Source: Anaerolineales bacterium
Lineage (GTDB): Bacteria > Chloroflexota > Anaerolineae > Anaerolineales > Villigracilaceae
Reading direction: 5' to 3'
Assembly (NCBI GenBank): GCA_035250835.1
Contig: DATFET010000271.1
Coordinates: forward strand, 1 to 32,764
Length of the DNA: 32,764 nucleotides
Made by a program: the position numbers and the translations under genes. Every line of letters starts with the position of its first letter. The stretch's first letter is position 1. Below, piece after piece: positions 25,441 through 32,764 of this stretch. The notes beneath the pieces were generated by a model. That model was given only the letters and a program-made list of their open reading frames with translations. It made no database searches and was not told the DNA's origin.

Positions 25441-27564
25441 TCAGGATTTGGGAACGACCATTTTCTTGTGATGGGTCCGATTCATCAGCCATTCCTGAAT
25501 ATCCACTGCCTTGCCTTCGCTGGGCGGTTTGAGCCGCATGTACGTGCCGTCTGATTTCATTTCGCGGGCGCGCATATTGTCACTCAGGTAGATTGCAAGT
25601 ATCCCGTGGCGCACGTAATTGATATGTTCGGGGTTTTCCAGCGGGAACACCACTTCCACACGGTGATCGTAGTTGCGTGTCATCAGGTCCGCACTGCCCA
25701 TATAGATCTCTTCCTTCCCATCGTTATGGAAGTAGTACAAGCGGCTGTGTTCCAGGTAGCGCCCGACGATGCTGATCACCCTGATGTTGTCGCTCGTACC
25801 TTTGATGCCGGGTTTCAAACAGCAAATGCCGCGCACCAGCAGATCCACTTTTACTCCGGCCTGGGAGGCCTGGTACAAAAGCTCGATAAACTTGGGGTCG
25901 ACGATCGCGTTAACCTTCAAGATAATATGGGCATTGCGGCCTGCTTTGGCATTCTCGATCTCGCGGCAGATCAGTTTTTCCAATCCACTGCGCAGATTGA
26001 CAGGCGCGATCAGCAGCTTCCGATATTCCTGTTTTGTCGAATAACCGGTCAGATAGTTGAACAGGTCGGTGAGGTCGGATGCCATTGCATCATCGCAGGT
26101 GAAGATACCCATATCCTCGTAGATACGAGAAGTGACCGCGTTGTAGTTTCCAGTGCCGAGATGCAGATAACGGCGAATGCCATCCCCTTCCTTACGGACA
26201 ACCATCGATACTTTGCAGTGGGTCTTAAGCCCCACCAGGCCATACACAACGTGGACTCCCATTTGCTCGAGAGTCTTGGCCCAGCTGATGTTGCTCTCCT
26301 CGTCGAAACGGGCCTTGAGCTCCACCAGCACAGCCACCTGCTTGCCGTTTTCGCTGGCCTCGAGCAGGGCCTCGACCACCGGGGCGTTTTGACCCACCCG
26401 ATAGAGTGTCTGTTTGATGGCAAGCACATCCGGGTCCCGAGCGGCCGCCTTTAGAAAATCGATTACGGGATTGAAGGAATCATAGGGCTGGTGCAGGAGA
26501 ATATTTCCATGCCGGATCGCCTCGAAGATATCGCCTGCCATTGAGACATTTTGAAAAACCCGCGGCACCGTCGGATAATATATTGGGAATTTCAGGTCAT
26601 GCCGCTCAACGTTGTTATAGATCTGCCAGAGGCTGCTCAAACCCAGCGGAGCCGACAGGACGTATACATCATTCTGGCGGATCTCAAGGTTTTCGATCAA
26701 CAGCTCCCGGATATGGTCCGGCATATCTTCATAAATTTCCACCTGCACGACAGACCCAAATTTCCGCCTGCGAATACTCTGCTGCATGGACTCCAGCAGG
26801 TCGTCTGCTTCGATCTCCTGGATCTCAACATCCGCGTCACGGATGATGCGGAAGGGATAGGCAGCTATGACTTCCATACCTGGGAAAAGCAGGCCAAGAT
26901 TTGCCGCGATCAACTGCTCGAGCCACACAAAATAATGATCGTGGGGGATCGTTCCATCCCTGCGGGCAGCCCCTGAGGAACGCTTGATGGGCACGAGCCG
27001 CGGCAGTGGATCGGGCACCTTCAGGCGCGCAAATTTCTCGTGTCCCTTTTTGTCTTTTACGACAATTGCAAGATTTAGACTCAGGTTCGAAATATGAGGG
27101 AAGGGATGTCCGGGATCGAGTGCCAGGGGCGTCAGGACGGGATACACAACCTGGTTGAAATAATCATTCGCCTTCTCAAGCTGCGTTTTGCTCAGTTTGT
27201 GGTAGTCCAGCAGATGTATGCCCACCTTATCGAGCTTACGAACCAGCTTTCTGTTGAAGAAATTCAGCGCGGTCCCATATAGCTCATGTGAGACCTTGCG
27301 CGCCATTGCCAGGACTTCCGGCGAAGTGAGGCCATCTGGAAATACCTCCATGATGCGGGCCTCCACCTGTTTGCGAATCCCCGAGACGCGCACCATGAAG
27401 AACTCATCCATGTTCGAGCCGAAGATGGCCAGGAAATTCAACCGTTCAAGCAGGGGATTGCTCTCATCCAATGCTTCGTCGAGGACCCGGCGCTGGAACT
27501 CGAGCAGGCTGAGTTCGCGATTGATAAACAGATTGGGCGGCAGTGAGGTTTTCTCGTACTCCAT
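25441..27564 (-). CDS. ppk1: Polyphosphate kinase 1
   Basis: NRELS, NMDEFFMVRV, HPFPHIS, KQTLYR, ELKARFDEE, KTHCK, GTGNYN, GRYLEHSR, GSADLM; start placed at MEYEK just after the sixA stop. Confidence 0.97.
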   Translation of the reverse strand: MEYEKTSLPPNLFINRELSLLEFQRRVLDEALDESNPLLERLNFLAIFGSNMDEFFMVRVSGIRKQVEARIMEVFPDGLTSPEVLAMARKVSHELYGTALNFFNRKLVRKLDKVGIHLLDYHKLSKTQLEKANDYFNQVVYPVLTPLALDPGHPFPHISNLSLNLAIVVKDKKGHEKFARLKVPDPLPRLVPIKRSSGAARRDGTIPHDHYFVWLEQLIAANLGLLFPGMEVIAAYPFRIIRDADVEIQEIEADDLLESMQQSIRRRKFGSVVQVEIYEDMPDHIRELLIENLEIRQNDVYVLSAPLGLSSLWQIYNNVERHDLKFPIYYPTVPRVFQNVSMAGDIFEAIRHGNILLHQPYDSFNPVIDFLKAAARDPDVLAIKQTLYRVGQNAPVVEALLEASENGKQVAVLVELKARFDEESNISWAKTLEQMGVHVVYGLVGLKTHCKVSMVVRKEGDGIRRYLHLGTGNYNAVTSRIYEDMGIFTCDDAMASDLTDLFNYLTGYSTKQEYRKLLIAPVNLRSGLEKLICREIENAKAGRNAHIILKVNAIVDPKFIELLYQASQAGVKVDLLVRGICCLKPGIKGTSDNIRVISIVGRYLEHSRLYYFHNDGKEEIYMGSADLMTRNYDHRVEVVFPLENPEHINYVRHGILAIYLSDNMRAREMKSDGTYMRLKPPSEGKAVDIQEWLMNRTHHKKMVVPKS

Positions 27565-27566
27565 AT

Positions 27567-28067
27567 TTATGACAATCTGGACAGAATTTTCGGTGTGAGG
27601 AGCCATTCAAGCACTGCTGTCCGGCTCTCACTCAAATGATCAGTCGAGAGGCAACCAACCCCTCCCTTTTTCAGGCTGATGGCAGGATTCTGGTTCCCAG
27701 CAATCAGAGCACCCATCAACGTGCTCAAACACGGTTCGTGACCCACGAGGACAAGTTCATCCACAGAATATTTTTCAGTGATCTCAGCAATAATGTCCTC
27801 TGGATTACCCATGGGCACCAGGGTTTCACTGAAAACCAGGTCCTCCCCGTATTTTACCATTTTCGCCAGAATTTCCGCCGTCTCGCGTGCGCGGACGTAT
27901 GGGCTGGAAACGATCAGGGCGGGCTTCAAGCCTAATTTCCTGAGGGCAGCAGCGATCCTGCGCATTTTTGCACGCCCCTGCTTGGTCAGCGGACGCGCGC
28001 TGTCGTCTTCGTAGCCGGGCGTGCCAGCCTGCACGGCATTACTGTGGCGAACCAGGTAGATTTTCAT
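27567..28067 (-). CDS. sixA: Phosphohistidine phosphatase SixA
   Basis: YLVRH, RPLT, SSPYVRARETA, LVGHEP, LKKGG. Confidence 0.9.
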   Translation of the reverse strand: MKIYLVRHSNAVQAGTPGYEDDSARPLTKQGRAKMRRIAAALRKLGLKPALIVSSPYVRARETAEILAKMVKYGEDLVFSETLVPMGNPEDIIAEITEKYSVDELVLVGHEPCLSTLMGALIAGNQNPAISLKKGGVGCLSTDHLSESRTAVLEWLLTPKILSRLS

Positions 28068-28945
28068 CGTACTTTCTCCCAGGGGTAGGGTCGATCGGAT
28101 GCAGGGCGCCAGAAATCATGGAGCCGATCCATCGCATCGGCAAAGGCAGAGATGGACTTCGAACGGCGTTCTTCACAATAACAGTGGACGGGCTCAGGGT
28201 TTGGGAGTGAAGAATTCCCGGAATAATCGGCAAGCGTGCAGGCGAAGACCTCTGCATCCTGGATCTCGCCCATCAGGGTTTGATAGGTGTTCATCTTCTT
28301 CAGGTTCCCAGCCGGGTAATTACCCAGCATGGGATGGACGATTTCGACCATGTATCGAAATGCCTTGAAGGCAACGCGCACTCGATGAATGGTGTCAGGC
28401 TGTGAAATATCAACCCATCCAAGACGCATTCTGGTCAGCAGGTAGGCATCATCCACCGCCTGCAGGATGCGTGCTTCCAGGTCAATATCGATCTCAGCTG
28501 TAATGGATTCATGGGTCCTGAGGATCCCCCGGGTAACATCGGACGTTTCGCGCCGCTCGAGCTTCCTGTGCAGGTCTCGCAGCATTCCTTCTTCGGCAGA
28601 AAGCAGATGATTTTGAAAATCCTGCAATTGTGGAAACTTCGGCAGGATTCTGGAAAGCTCATCAAGGATGACCTGTGTATCACGAAGGTGGTCGAACTCA
28701 TCGAGCTGTCTCTTGAATGCACGCGGCAGTTTCTCCAGGCTTGATCCCGTTAAGATTGAATTCAACAATTGGATGAGCGCAAGAATCCGCCGCGTCGCAA
28801 CCCGCAGATCGTGGACCGCGTCATTGGAGAACTCAACGCGACAGCGGCTGATTTCAGCGAGATAATTTTTCCAGCGAGTATCCAGCGCATCCAGCAGGAG
28901 TCGCCTGGGCTTGGGCTTTGATGTTTTGTAGACCGGTTTATTCAT
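28064..28945 (-). CDS. CHAD domain (polyphosphate-binding) protein
   Basis: VHDLRVATRR, LRDTQV, IHRVRVAFKAFRY, QTLMGEIQD; ATGA overlap with sixA. Confidence 0.9.
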   Translation of the reverse strand: MNKPVYKTSKPKPRRLLLDALDTRWKNYLAEISRCRVEFSNDAVHDLRVATRRILALIQLLNSILTGSSLEKLPRAFKRQLDEFDHLRDTQVILDELSRILPKFPQLQDFQNHLLSAEEGMLRDLHRKLERRETSDVTRGILRTHESITAEIDIDLEARILQAVDDAYLLTRMRLGWVDISQPDTIHRVRVAFKAFRYMVEIVHPMLGNYPAGNLKKMNTYQTLMGEIQDAEVFACTLADYSGNSSLPNPEPVHCYCEERRSKSISAFADAMDRLHDFWRPASDRPYPWEKVR

Positions 28946-28954
28946 GTGAGATCA

Positions 28955-30463
28955 TCAAGCAACTTCAAGGGATACATTAAAAACATCCTCGAACAGGGAT
29001 TTGCGCTTTGTAAGCGCCCAATTCGCAAGCATCATGTCGCCTTCGCCGGATACGCGGATTCGCCAGCCATCCTCTGCCTCCTGAAGTGCCACATCCTCCA
29101 CGATGCCGGAATGGCTGATATCCAGGGAATCTGCAAGACGCAGCAACGCCAGGAGTTTGCTAACGATCAAACGATCCTTTTGGGGCAGCGATTTGAGGCT
29201 CTTCTCATCTGCCGAGTGCGATTGCTTGCGGTGATTAAGAACAAGGCTGGCAACCATGTCCTGCTCACGGGCTGTAAGCCCGATCAGATGAGTGGAACTT
29301 AGCAGGTAATGACCATGCACCTCGTGATCGACCGTGCCGATAAAGTAACCAATATCATGCAGCAGGGCTGCCATTTCGAGAATCAGCAGATCATCATCGT
29401 CCAGATTGTGAAGCGCTACGGATTGCACGAACAAGCGCGACGCAAATCTTGCAGTAAGCCGCGCATGCTTCTCATCGAATCGATATTTGCGTCCCATGTG
29501 CAGGGCTGATTCCCAGGCTTGTCTTCGGCGGCGTGGCCGAGGGCTGCGAGACAGTTCCTCGGCGATCTCGAGCAGGACGCCGTCCTTCAGTCCGACGTTG
29601 GGGATGTCAATTTGCTTGACGCCTGCCTCACTGGCAATCATATGCAGGACGATGGATGCTGGAAGAATCACGTCGGCTCGATCGGGCTTGAGGTTCAGCT
29701 TTTCGATGCGCTGCTCATAGTCCAAACGGCTGATCCTCTCGATAATCTTTTCCAATTCATCCAGCATAACGAAACGATCACCATCTTCTTTGAGTAGTTT
29801 CTGGCGCAGCTGTCCGATCTCTTCGACGTTTCCGCCTGTCCCCGCGCAAACCTGTATTTTTTTATTTCCAATGACCCGATCGATGCGATGCCTGGCAGAC
29901 TCGGCATACTCGCGTACAAGCTGGGCAAACGTGCGGTCAAACTTCCCACCCGAATCCAAATTCTCCAGCAGGCGGACAGTTCCCATATCGTAACTATCCG
30001 TTGAAAGAATGTCCTGCCCGGATGAAATTGTGAGCTCTATGCTGCCACCGCCAATGTCAATTAACAGTGTCCGTTTATTTTTCACCTTCAGAGCATGGCT
30101 CACAGCGCGGTGGATCAGGCGGGCTTCCTCTTCCCCGCTGATGATCTCCAGGTCGATGCCGCTGACCTGGGTGATCCGATCGAGGAGCAGGTCGCTGTTG
30201 GATGCCTCGCGTGCTGCACTGGTCGCGACGGCGCGCATTCGTTCAACGCCGAATGTATCCGCCATGTGCTTGAAGCGCAGGAAAGCCTCCTCAGTCTGTT
30301 TGATGGTCTTCCGATCCAGATATCCCTTGCTGAAGACGCTCTGACCGAGACGAACTGGCAGGCGGATGTTCTCGACGGTCTCCACCTGCCAGGCCTCATC
30401 CACCTGACCCAGCACCATGCGCATGCCATTGGAACCAATATCGATCGCAGCTATTTTTGTCAA
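28955..30463 (-). CDS. ppx: Ppx/GppA exopolyphosphatase with C-terminal HD domain (TTG start)
   Basis: IDIGSN, VRLG, ATSAAREA, GEEEARL, DIGGGSIE, RADVI, GLKDG, LLHDIG. Confidence 0.93.
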   Translation of the reverse strand: MTKIAAIDIGSNGMRMVLGQVDEAWQVETVENIRLPVRLGQSVFSKGYLDRKTIKQTEEAFLRFKHMADTFGVERMRAVATSAAREASNSDLLLDRITQVSGIDLEIISGEEEARLIHRAVSHALKVKNKRTLLIDIGGGSIELTISSGQDILSTDSYDMGTVRLLENLDSGGKFDRTFAQLVREYAESARHRIDRVIGNKKIQVCAGTGGNVEEIGQLRQKLLKEDGDRFVMLDELEKIIERISRLDYEQRIEKLNLKPDRADVILPASIVLHMIASEAGVKQIDIPNVGLKDGVLLEIAEELSRSPRPRRRRQAWESALHMGRKYRFDEKHARLTARFASRLFVQSVALHNLDDDDLLILEMAALLHDIGYFIGTVDHEVHGHYLLSSTHLIGLTAREQDMVASLVLNHRKQSHSADEKSLKSLPQKDRLIVSKLLALLRLADSLDISHSGIVEDVALQEAEDGWRIRVSGEGDMMLANWALTKRKSLFEDVFNVSLEVA

Positions 30464-30815
30464 TATCTATTTCGCCTTGGCTAATAATATCATCGTTCTG
30501 AAAAATGATTACTGGCTTTTGGTCTTCACCAACTCAGCTCATCAGCATATCGCCAGTTTTCGAAGTACTTGTGTAGACACATAGGTCAAAATCGAGCTTG
30601 CATATTTGTTTTGCCGCTGTTAACTGACTGCAAAACGCGGAATCGAGGTTTCATGCTATCCTAGCGGCATGGAAATATTTCTTGCCGTAACATTTATTTC
30701 ACTGCTGATTACCTTCATCGTAGATTCAATGCAGAAACGGTATGGGCTCCTGTGCCAGCAGGAGATTACGTCGAAGCAACGCTGATCGAGCAGGAAATAT
30801 TTCCTCTCTCTCCTC

Positions 30816-30853
30816 TGTATAAGAGCCAGAACCTCCTCTCTGGCTCTTATACA
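30816..30853. repeat. Perfect 15-bp inverted repeat
   Basis: TGTATAAGAGCCAGA-N8-TCTGGCTCTTATACA. Confidence 0.8.
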
Positions 30854-31014
30854 TTTAACCGTTAAACAACCTTTAAAGCGTCCCTGATGCGTTATTAAAT
30901 ACTGTTTGTTACACGGATGGGGAAAAGATGGTGAATGGATAACATTACTGGATTACACATATTGTTTACTGATGGGCTAAAAATGAATTCAATCATTATC
31001 ATGGAGGAATAGCT

Positions 31015-31146
31015 TTGAAAATTCAACTATTACAAACATGTTTCGGAATCTATCTAGTGCTTGCCCTGCCCGCTTTTTTTCTCTTGTGGGCAGCCCTGGC
31101 TGCGGCTAAATCTCATGAGGATGAATATCAGGAACAAGACCTATAA
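31015..31146 (+). CDS. Small (43 aa) single-TM protein; not in the ORF track
   Basis: GGAGG-7 nt-TTG; MKIQLLQTCFGIYLVLALPAFFLLWAALAAAKSHEDEYQEQDL; hydrophobic core, acidic tail, hairpins downstream. Confidence 0.55.
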   Translation: MKIQLLQTCFGIYLVLALPAFFLLWAALAAAKSHEDEYQEQDL

Positions 31147-31202
31147 CCCTGGATCATTGCATATGGTCCTTTTCTATGATGTTTGAGGTTTCTTCTCCTC
31201 CC

Positions 31203-31258
31203 TGTCCCGTTTTCGGGACATTGCCCGTCATTTGGTGAAATGACGGGCAATTATTTCT
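31203..31258. terminator. Tandem hairpins, probable terminator
   Basis: TGTCCCG-N4-CGGGACA directly followed by TTGCCCGTCATTT-N4-AAATGACGGGCAA and TTATTTCT. Confidence 0.55.
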
Positions 31259-31302
31259 ATTGCCTATCTTATGACTGGCGAATTGTCCTAACCGAACCAA
31301 GT

Positions 31303-31341
31303 GTTAACCAGACGTTAACGCATCCTTCCATTGTCCTTAAA
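31303..31341 (+). promoter_or_regulatory. Pho-box-like direct repeats upstream of pstS
   Basis: GTTAAC (31303), GTTAAC (31314), CTTCCA (31325), CTTAAA (31336) on an exact 11-bp period. Confidence 0.7.
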
Positions 31342-31388
31342 ACCCCATTGATAAGATTTCAACGTATAAAACCAAGGAGAAAAGAGAA

Positions 31389-32459
31389 ATGACTAACTCG
31401 TTCCGTACGTTCATGTTCGTGCTTGTTCTTTTGAGCTTCATACTTGCCGCCTGTGGTGGTGCAACTGCAACCGAAGTACCTGTTGTTGAGAAACCCACCA
31501 CCGCTCCGGTTGAGCTTACCGCAGCTCCTGTGGAGTCAACTGCCGCTCCCATTGAAGAGGATCCATTAGCCATGTATGCTCCAGACGCTGTCTCTGGAGA
31601 TGTGATCACCGCCGGTTCATCCACCGTCTTTCCGCTCTCTGAGCGCATGAAACAGCGCTTCGAAGAGGAAGGCTTTAGCGGAAACCTGACCGTTGACTCC
31701 ATCGGCTCCGGTGCTGGCATCGAGCGCTTCTGCGAGGCCGGCGAAACTGACATCGCCAATTCCTCTCGCGCTATCCGCGACACCGAGATCGAGTCCTGCA
31801 CCGGCATCGGACGCGAGCCAATCGAGTTCCAGGTCGGCATCGATGCACTGGCTGTCGTTATGAGTGCCGAAAATGATTTCGTCACTGATGTGACCAGTGA
31901 AGATCTCGCCCAGATCTTCTCGACCGCCACCAACTGGTCGGATGTCCGCCCCGAGTGGCCCAATGAACCCATTCAACGCTTCAGCCCCGGCACTGACTCC
32001 GGTACCTTCGACTACTTCGTCGAAGCCATCATGTCATCCATGGACGATGATGCGACCGAGGACATCAACGAAGGCGAAAACGCCATCCTCGAATCCACAA
32101 ACACTCAGTTCTCAGAAGATGACAACGTACTGGTGCAGGGTGTGGAAGGCTCGCCTTATGCCATCGGCTACTTCGGCTATGCCTACTTCCAGGAAAACCA
32201 GGGCGTGCTCAAAGCCCTTTCCGTCGACGGCGTCGAGCCGAATGCAGAAACGGCCGAATCAGGTGAGTATCCCATTTCCCGCCCCCTCTTTATCTACTCA
32301 GATCCGACCATCATGCAGGAGAAACCCCAGGTTGCTTCCTTCATCTGGTTCTACATCAACAATGTGGCTGATGAAATCCTGGATGTCGGCTACTTCCCAG
32401 TCAGCGACGAAAAGCTGCAGGAAAACCTCGACGCCTGGAAGGCTGCGCTGGAGATGTAG
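31389..32459 (+). CDS. pstS: Phosphate ABC transporter substrate-binding lipoprotein
   Basis: Lipobox LAAC, P/T/A/E-rich linker, AGSSTVFP, GSGAG, DIANSSR, DSGTFDYF, IGYFGYAY, YPISRPLFIY. Confidence 0.95.
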   Translation: MTNSFRTFMFVLVLLSFILAACGGATATEVPVVEKPTTAPVELTAAPVESTAAPIEEDPLAMYAPDAVSGDVITAGSSTVFPLSERMKQRFEEEGFSGNLTVDSIGSGAGIERFCEAGETDIANSSRAIRDTEIESCTGIGREPIEFQVGIDALAVVMSAENDFVTDVTSEDLAQIFSTATNWSDVRPEWPNEPIQRFSPGTDSGTFDYFVEAIMSSMDDDATEDINEGENAILESTNTQFSEDDNVLVQGVEGSPYAIGYFGYAYFQENQGVLKALSVDGVEPNAETAESGEYPISRPLFIYSDPTIMQEKPQVASFIWFYINNVADEILDVGYFPVSDEKLQENLDAWKAALEM

Positions 32460-32485
32460 TCACGAACCATTGTCTGGAAAGCTAA

Positions 32486-32515
32486 ACCTTCCTTCTCCAG
32501 GTGGAGAAGGAAGGT
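32486..32515 (+). terminator. Intergenic pstS-pstC hairpin (mRNA stabiliser or partial terminator)
   Basis: 13-bp perfect stem ACCTTCCTTCTCC-AGGT-GGAGAAGGAAGGT; weak U tract. Confidence 0.65.
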
Positions 32516-32561
32516 AATTTGCTGTAAGTAGGAAACTGTTTTTTGGAAAGGAGGTGCTTTC

Positions 32562-32764
32562 ATGTCTGAGCTAACGATCAAAAAAGTGGAACATCAAGTA
32601 CCTGTAGTAAATTTACGCCGTAAACCGCGCCTGGGAGAAATGATCGTCCAGGGATTATTATTTTTCTGCGGGTTTTTCTCGATATTCATTACGCTGGGAA
32701 TTTTATACGAGCTTGGGAAGGAGGCTTTGCTTTTTTTCCAGATGCCCGAAGTCAATCTCCTGGC
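32562..32764 (+). CDS. pstC: Phosphate ABC permease, N-terminal part (runs off the window)
   Basis: AGGAGG RBS; open frame MSELTIKK...RRKPRLGEMIVQGLLFFCGFFSIFITLGILYELGKEALLFF; located after pstS. Confidence 0.75.
   Translation, partial: MSELTIKKVEHQVPVVNLRRKPRLGEMIVQGLLFFCGFFSIFITLGILYELGKEALLFFQMPEVNLL

Noticed and set aside
30480-30760. Short minus-strand ORFs upstream of ppx
   Set aside because: Only about 18-22 codons each, with no convincing RBS or composition signal.
1-32764. CRISPR array, prophage, transposase, rRNA
   Set aside because: No regularly spaced 25-45 bp repeats and no corresponding protein or RNA signatures seen.

Overview
Mostly housekeeping window from a moderately GC-rich bacterium. 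A sortase, a T-box riboswitch, lipoprotein PstS and the style of short repeats suggest Chloroflexota (Anaerolineae-like); this is an inference, not a database result. Left to right: ABC-F ATPase and a GT-C-type membrane glycosyltransferase; a secreted multidomain GH13 amylopullulanase; an MBL-fold hydrolase; an RlmD-type methyltransferase preceded by an RHH-antitoxin/MazF(PemK) pair; a small membrane protein missed by the ORF track and a sortase; a DksA-zinc-finger/PP2C phosphatase fusion; tRNA-Val(GAC); a DUF981-like protein; T-box-controlled thrS; infC (ATC start)-rpmI-rplT; a macrodomain gene, an AT-rich GIY-YIG gene, a TrmH methyltransferase and a DUF711-like gene; a soluble class III adenylate cyclase; and a phosphate/polyphosphate cluster (phoB-phoR convergent with ppx-CHAD-sixA-ppk1, then pstS and the start of pstC) with 11-bp-spaced TTAAC boxes. 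Best leads: (1) a Thr-rich upstream ORF with alternative RNA helices between the T-box terminator and thrS, a possible tandem T-box plus leader-peptide control; (2) an AT-rich GIY-YIG gene wedged into the post-rplT gene run together with an AT-rich 3' end of the macrodomain gene; (3) the DksA-finger/PP2C fusion; (4) two unannotated small membrane ORFs; (5) several families of short palindromic or tandem repeats at gene ends and apparently inside coding frames. No CRISPR array, integrase, transposase or prophage was found.
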